This document shows, in pieces, positions 59,883 to 64,000 of a DNA stretch of 64,000 nt. The stretch's first letter is position 1, and every line of letters begins with the position of its first letter. The stretch covers positions 238,716-302,715 of the forward strand of contig CAWEAL010000003.1 of assembly GCA_963807035.1 (NCBI GenBank), read 5' to 3'. Below the pieces are notes generated by a model, which saw only the letters and a list, made by a program, of their open reading frames with translations, had not been told where the DNA came from and searched no databases. The position numbers and the translations under genes are program-made. The DNA is from an uncultured Chloroflexia bacterium (GTDB lineage: Bacteria; Chloroflexota; Limnocylindria; Limnocylindrales; CSP1-4).

Positions 59883-59964
59883 GGGGCCGGGCAGCGGCGG
59901 CTGAGGGGCCGGGCAGCGGCGGCTGAGGGGCCGGGAGGGGCGGCTGAGGGGCCGGCCAGTGGCG
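59856..59964. repeat. 22-nt GC-rich tandem repeat, 5 copies, each unit carrying TGA
   Basis: Unit GCTGAGGGGCCGGGCAGCGGCG at 59856, 59878 and 59900. A 21-nt variant at 59922 and another variant at 59943. Confidence 0.9.
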
Positions 59965-59986
59965 GCTTCCCGCTACCCGAGAACAA

Positions 59987-60148
59987 GCGAATATCCACGA
60001 GCGTAGTCCTAGATCCGTTATGGGCGTGGAGCGGTGGTCGCGGGACCGGACCTGGGCCAATTTCGTGCGTGGAATGACAGGAGTGTTCCCTCAAGACCGA
60101 CAAATCGGCCCAGAACCTCCGCCTAGGACTACGTCCACGAATATTCGC
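59987..60148. repeat. copy 2 of the IR-bounded AT-richer element (GCGAATAT..CGTAGTCCTAG ... CTAGGACTACG..ATATTCGC)
   Basis: Outer 8-bp and inner 11-bp perfect complementary blocks bracket about 110 nt. Related to 44242-44426. Confidence 0.6.
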
Positions 60149-60204
60149 CGGAAAGAAGGCGGACGCGGCACGGCAGTACGAGCGGACCAGCGCCGCGAGC
60201 GTGG

Positions 60205-60233
60205 TTGACCGACCGAAGGGGCTCGTCTATGCT
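60205..60233 (+). promoter_or_regulatory. rpsU promoter-like TTGACC-N17-TATGCT
   Basis: Read directly, about 110 nt upstream of the rpsU start. Confidence 0.5.
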
Positions 60234-60345
60234 CCGCCAGCCGTTCGACGAGCGTGCCGGGCACGCCGCCGAAGCCTCCTCGGGCCCCTCCGGCCACGAG
60301 CCCGAGGGGCTCATCTGACCCTGGCCGTGGGAGGTGATCCGGGAA

Positions 60346-60531
60346 TTGGCAGAAGTCCGCGTGGGTGAGAACGAGACCTTCGAGAGCGCCCTCCGCCGCT
60401 TCAACAAGAAGATCCAGCAGAGTGGGATCCTTGCCGAGGCTCGCCGTCGCGAGCACTACGAGAAGCCGAGCGTGAAGCGCAAGCGCAAGGAAGCGAAGCG
60501 CAAGAAGGCCGCCCGCACGTCGCAGAGCTAG
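60346..60531 (+). CDS. rpsU: 30S ribosomal protein S21
   Basis: [50 protein letters not shown] 60346 is preceded by GGGAGGTGA. Confidence 0.9.
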   Translation: MAEVRVGENETFESALRRFNKKIQQSGILAEARRREHYEKPSVKRKRKEAKRKKAARTSQS

Positions 60532-60584
60532 GTCGACACGACCTCGCTCCGCACCGGGCGACCAGCCCGAGGTGCCAGCAACCG

Positions 60585-61037
60585 GTGACCCTCAAGGAAC
60601 GCCTCCAGTCCGAGACGACCGCAGCGATGCGGTCGGGTGACGCGCTGCGCCGCGACACCCTCCGGATGGTCCAGAACTCCGCCTACAACCTCGAGAAGAA
60701 GAGCGGCACGCCGTTGACCGAGGACGAATGGCTGGCTGTCGTCTCGCGCGAGGTGAAGACCCGGCGTGAATCGGTCGAGGCGTTCCGGAAGGGTGGCCGC
60801 GAGGACCTCGCCACGAAGGAAGAGGCGGAGATCGCGATCCTCGGCGAGTTCCTGCCCGCCCAGCTGAGTGAATCTGAGCTGACGGCTCTCGTCGACGACG
60901 CCGTCCAGGCGACCGGCGCGACGTCGCCGCGCGACCTCGGCAAGGTAATGGGCTGGCTCGCGCCGCGCACCCGTGGCCGGGCCGACGGCCGGCGCGTCAG
61001 CGAGCTCGTCGGCGCGCGCCTGGCCGAGAGCCACTGA
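60585..61037 (+). CDS. GatB/YqeY domain protein
   Basis: LKERLQSETTAAMRSGD..RDTLRMV..EIAILGEFLP..DLGKVMG. Confidence 0.85.
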   Translation: MTLKERLQSETTAAMRSGDALRRDTLRMVQNSAYNLEKKSGTPLTEDEWLAVVSREVKTRRESVEAFRKGGREDLATKEEAEIAILGEFLPAQLSESELTALVDDAVQATGATSPRDLGKVMGWLAPRTRGRADGRRVSELVGARLAESH

Positions 61038-61044
61038 CGCCGGG

Positions 61045-63237
61045 ATGATCGGGATGCTGGTCCAGCGACCGGTGCGGGTCCTGCCGTTCACGCGGCGCGA
61101 CCTGGTCCGACTGCTGATCGCGTCGATCCTGCTGATCGTCGCGCTGACGTCGGTCCTCGCCTCGGACATCGTCCCGAATCGCCTCGGCGTGAGCGTCGGG
61201 CAGGTTGCCAGCGCCGACATCGTGGCCCCGCGGGCGACAACGTACGTGAGCCAGACGCTCACCCAGCAGGCCCGCGACGCCCAGAGTGCCGCTGTTGCCC
61301 CGCAGTACGACTACACCCCGGCCAAGGCCGACGCTGTCGCCCAGGCGGCGACCGTCCAGCTGAACAGCTCGATCGCGCCGGTCGACGCCGCCTTCTCTGC
61401 GACGCTCACCGACGCCGCCCGGATGGCTCTCCTGAAGAACGCGATCCCGGGTCTGTCCGAAGAGTCGCAGGCGACCCTGCTGGCGATGCTGCCATCGCGT
61501 TGGCCGGCCGTACGTGACGAGGCCCGCCGGCTGCTCGACCAGCTCGAGCGTTCGGAGCTGCGCGACTCGAACCTTGACACCACCAAGGCGAACGTGGCCG
61601 GCCTCGTGCTCGGCGGACTGCAGGCATCGGAGCGGCAGCTCGTCGCGGAGCTCGTTGCCCCGGTGCTGACCCCGAACTCCTCGTACAGCGCCGACCTGAC
61701 CCAGGCGGCCCGGCAGCAGGCCGCCTCGGCCGTCGTTCCGGTCTCGGTCAGCCTCAGCCAGGGCCAGGTGATCGTGCGCAAGGGCGACCCGATCAGCCCG
61801 CTCGAGCTCGAGCAGATCCAGGCGTTCGGCCTCACCGAGGCGCGTCTCGACTACGCGAAGCTGGCCGGCTGGGCCCTGCTGTCGATCCTGATCGTCGGCC
61901 TGCTGCTGGCCTGGGTCTGGCGGTTCCGGCCGACCTTCTGGCACCGGACAAACGTCCTCGTGCTGATCGGCCTGCTTCTCGTCTTCACGACCCTCGCCCT
62001 GAAGCTGACCGCCGGACGATCGGTCCTGCCGTTCTTCGTGCCGACTGCCGCGGCCGGGATCCTGATCGCGATCCTGCTCGACGCCAGCGCGGCGATCACC
62101 CTGACTGCCGTGATCGCGGTGCTCGGCGGGGCGGTCAACGGCAACTCGCTCGAGATCACCGCCTACATCTTCCTGGGCGGCCTGGCCGGGATCGTGGCGG
62201 TCCGGCGAGGTGACCGGCTGAATGCCTTCGTCCAGGCGGCGGCGGCGATCTTCGTGGTCAACGCCCTGGTCGTGTCGACCTTCTCGCTGCTCGGCGAGCG
62301 TGACGTCACCGGCGTCCTCCAGCTGTACGGCGCCTCGGCGGCGTCCGCCGGCGGCTCCGCCATCGCAGCGGTCGGCAGCTTCGCCGTGATCGGCAACCTG
62401 TTCGGGATCCTGACCGTCTTCCAGCTGCTCGAGCTGGCCAACCCGTCCCAGCCGCTCCTGCGCAGGCTGCTGATCGAGACGCCCGGCACCTACCACCACT
62501 CGATCATGGTCGGCAACCTGGCGGAGCGGGCCGCCGAGGCGATCGGGGCCGATCCGCTGATCACGAGAGTGGCCGCCTACTACCACGACGTCGGCAAGCT
62601 GGCCAGCCCGACCGCGTTCATCGAGAATCAGAGCGGCGGGGACAACGTCCACGACGAGCTCGATCCGGAGGTCTCGGCGGCAATCCTCAAGCAGCACATC
62701 GGCGACGGAATCGAGATCGCCTATCGGGCCCACCTGCCCAAGCCGCTCATCGCATTCATCCCCCAGCACCACGGCACCGCCCTGCTCAGCTTCTTCTACG
62801 CGAAGGCGCGCGAGGAAGCCGCGGCCCCGTACGGCGGGCTCGAGACGTCCGAGGGCGAGAAGGCCGCCGACGCGGTCGACCAGCGGACGTATCGCCACAA
62901 CGGCCCGAAGCCGCAGACCCGCGAAGCGGCCCTGTTGATGCTCGCCGACGGGGTCGAGGCATCCGTCCGGTCGCTCGCCTCGCGCGACGAGGCGGCGATC
63001 CGGGCGATGGTCAACCGGATCATCGAGGACCGCCTCCAGGACGGCCAGTTCGACGAATGCGACCTCACCCTGCGCGACATCGAGCGGATCCGCGAAGCAT
63101 TCGTGGCCCAGCTCCTCGGGATGTACCACCAACGGATCGCCTACCCGCAGTCAAAGATCGTCGAGCTCGAGGCTCGCCGGGCCGCGGCCGGCGGCGGTTC
63201 CCCGGGGAGCGGCGGCTCGCGCGGCGATGGGGCGTAG
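61045..63237 (+). CDS. 7TM-HD membrane phosphohydrolase (PgpH/YqfF-like, HDIG domain)
   Basis: Extracellular N-domain, 7 TM segments, then HHSIMVGNLAE..YYHDVGK..QHHGT HD domain. Confidence 0.85.
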   Translation: MIGMLVQRPVRVLPFTRRDLVRLLIASILLIVALTSVLASDIVPNRLGVSVGQVASADIVAPRATTYVSQTLTQQARDAQSAAVAPQYDYTPAKADAVAQAATVQLNSSIAPVDAAFSATLTDAARMALLKNAIPGLSEESQATLLAMLPSRWPAVRDEARRLLDQLERSELRDSNLDTTKANVAGLVLGGLQASERQLVAELVAPVLTPNSSYSADLTQAARQQAASAVVPVSVSLSQGQVIVRKGDPISPLELEQIQAFGLTEARLDYAKLAGWALLSILIVGLLLAWVWRFRPTFWHRTNVLVLIGLLLVFTTLALKLTAGRSVLPFFVPTAAAGILIAILLDASAAITLTAVIAVLGGAVNGNSLEITAYIFLGGLAGIVAVRRGDRLNAFVQAAAAIFVVNALVVSTFSLLGERDVTGVLQLYGASAASAGGSAIAAVGSFAVIGNLFGILTVFQLLELANPSQPLLRRLLIETPGTYHHSIMVGNLAERAAEAIGADPLITRVAAYYHDVGKLASPTAFIENQSGGDNVHDELDPEVSAAILKQHIGDGIEIAYRAHLPKPLIAFIPQHHGTALLSFFYAKAREEAAAPYGGLETSEGEKAADAVDQRTYRHNGPKPQTREAALLMLADGVEASVRSLASRDEAAIRAMVNRIIEDRLQDGQFDECDLTLRDIERIREAFVAQLLGMYHQRIAYPQSKIVELEARRAAAGGGSPGSGGSRGDGA

Positions 63238-63799
63238 GCCCGTCGCGTCGTCGCGTTCGATCTACCGGGGGCCGTGGCGGATCGACATCACGACTCGGGC
63301 CGGGGTGCCTCGGCTGGCCTCGTACGCGCTCCTGGCGCGGTCGATCGGGGCAGCCCTCGACGCTGCCGGGGCGGCTGCGCCGGCCTCGGTCGGGTTGATC
63401 CTGGCCGACGACGCCGAGCTGGCCGGCCTGAACGCCATCCACATGGGCAAGGATGGCCCGACCGACGTCCTGTCGTTTCCGCTGTTCGCGCCCGAGGTGT
63501 TCCCGGCACACCCGGGCGGTCCCGCCCGGGTGACCGACGCCGAGGCACGAGCGGCCGCCGCCTTCGCCCTGCCGCCGGGCCGACGGCCCCACATCGGCGA
63601 GATCGTCGTCTCGGTCGAGCGAGCGATCGACCAGGCCGAGGCCGGCCGGGGCGGCCAGACGGGTGACGTCCGCTGGTCGGCCGCCGACGAGCTGCGCCTC
63701 CTCGTGACCCACGGCACCCTGCACCTCTGCGGCTGGGACCATGCCGAGCCGGCCGAGGAGGCCTCGATGCGCGCGCTGGAGCAACGACTTCTGCGTTGA
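63227..63799 (+). CDS. ybeY: rRNA maturation endoribonuclease YbeY
   Basis: PTDVLSFPL and the zinc motif HGTLHLCGWDH. Overlaps the preceding gene by 11 nt. Confidence 0.9.
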   Translation: MGRRPVASSRSIYRGPWRIDITTRAGVPRLASYALLARSIGAALDAAGAAAPASVGLILADDAELAGLNAIHMGKDGPTDVLSFPLFAPEVFPAHPGGPARVTDAEARAAAAFALPPGRRPHIGEIVVSVERAIDQAEAGRGGQTGDVRWSAADELRLLVTHGTLHLCGWDHAEPAEEASMRALEQRLLR

Positions 63800-63894
63800 T
63801 GGCTATTGACGGTAGCCATGAAGGCGAAGTATCGTAGCCTTCGAACCGAGGTGAGCGCAGGTCGCGCTCGCGGGCGGCTGGAGGCGCGGAAGCG

Positions 63895-64000
63895 ATGACC
63901 GGGTTGACCGGTGCTGTGACGGGCATGCCCCGGATCTGGCTGCGGCTCGAGGGAGTCGCAATCCTGGGGGCAGGAGTGGGGCTGTACCTCCATCTCGGCG
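63895..64000 (+). CDS. membrane protein, 3' end outside window (DUF4260-like start)
   Basis: MTGLTGAVTGMPRIWLRLEGVAILGAGVGLYLHLG. Only 35 codons are visible. Confidence 0.35.
   Translation, partial: MTGLTGAVTGMPRIWLRLEGVAILGAGVGLYLHLG

Noticed and set aside
60020-60208. 62-aa ORF inside the IR-bounded element, considered as a possible transposase remnant or small protein.
   Set aside because: It has no RBS and an odd composition, and it is not conserved in the related copy at 44242-44426. The element is better treated as non-coding.

Overview
Very GC-rich (by eye, not computed) chromosomal segment from a Gram-positive-type bacterium. The Cheo-type LexA boxes, CIRCE/HrcA, an F420-type LLM oxidoreductase, imuA'-imuB-dnaE2, DUF5679 and many 1-4 nt start/stop overlaps fit Actinomycetota or Chloroflexota. 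Content is mostly core housekeeping. In order: M23 peptidase, obg-nadD-rsfS, comEA-comEC-holA, leuS, two tRNA-Ala genes, one IS30-family insertion and a LexA-controlled imuA'-imuB-dnaE2 mutasome cassette. Then a surface LTD/OB-fold protein, a glk-gap-pgk-eno cluster, rpsT, lepA and hemW. Then hrcA-grpE-dnaK, a 5.2 kb insert (ABC-2 exporter, UDG, NfeD/SPFH) and dnaJ-prmA. Finally rpsU-yqeY-pgpH-ybeY. I found no defence island, CRISPR array, prophage or rRNA. Three things stand out. (1) About ten reading-frame breaks, all needing a +1 correction and all at short C/G runs, sit in otherwise intact conserved genes (gap, eno, prmA, imuB, a nucleoside phosphorylase, and probably imuA' and the LTD protein). 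This is either a systematic homopolymer assembly artefact or real +1 recoding. (2) A composite non-coding architecture occurs twice: a GC-rich tandem array, then a ~165-185 bp AT-richer element bounded by inverted repeats, placed just upstream of the hrcA and rpsU promoters. (3) The imuA' and dnaE2 promoters are near-identical, each with a LexA box in the -35/-10 spacer. All family calls come from reading the translations. No database search was run.
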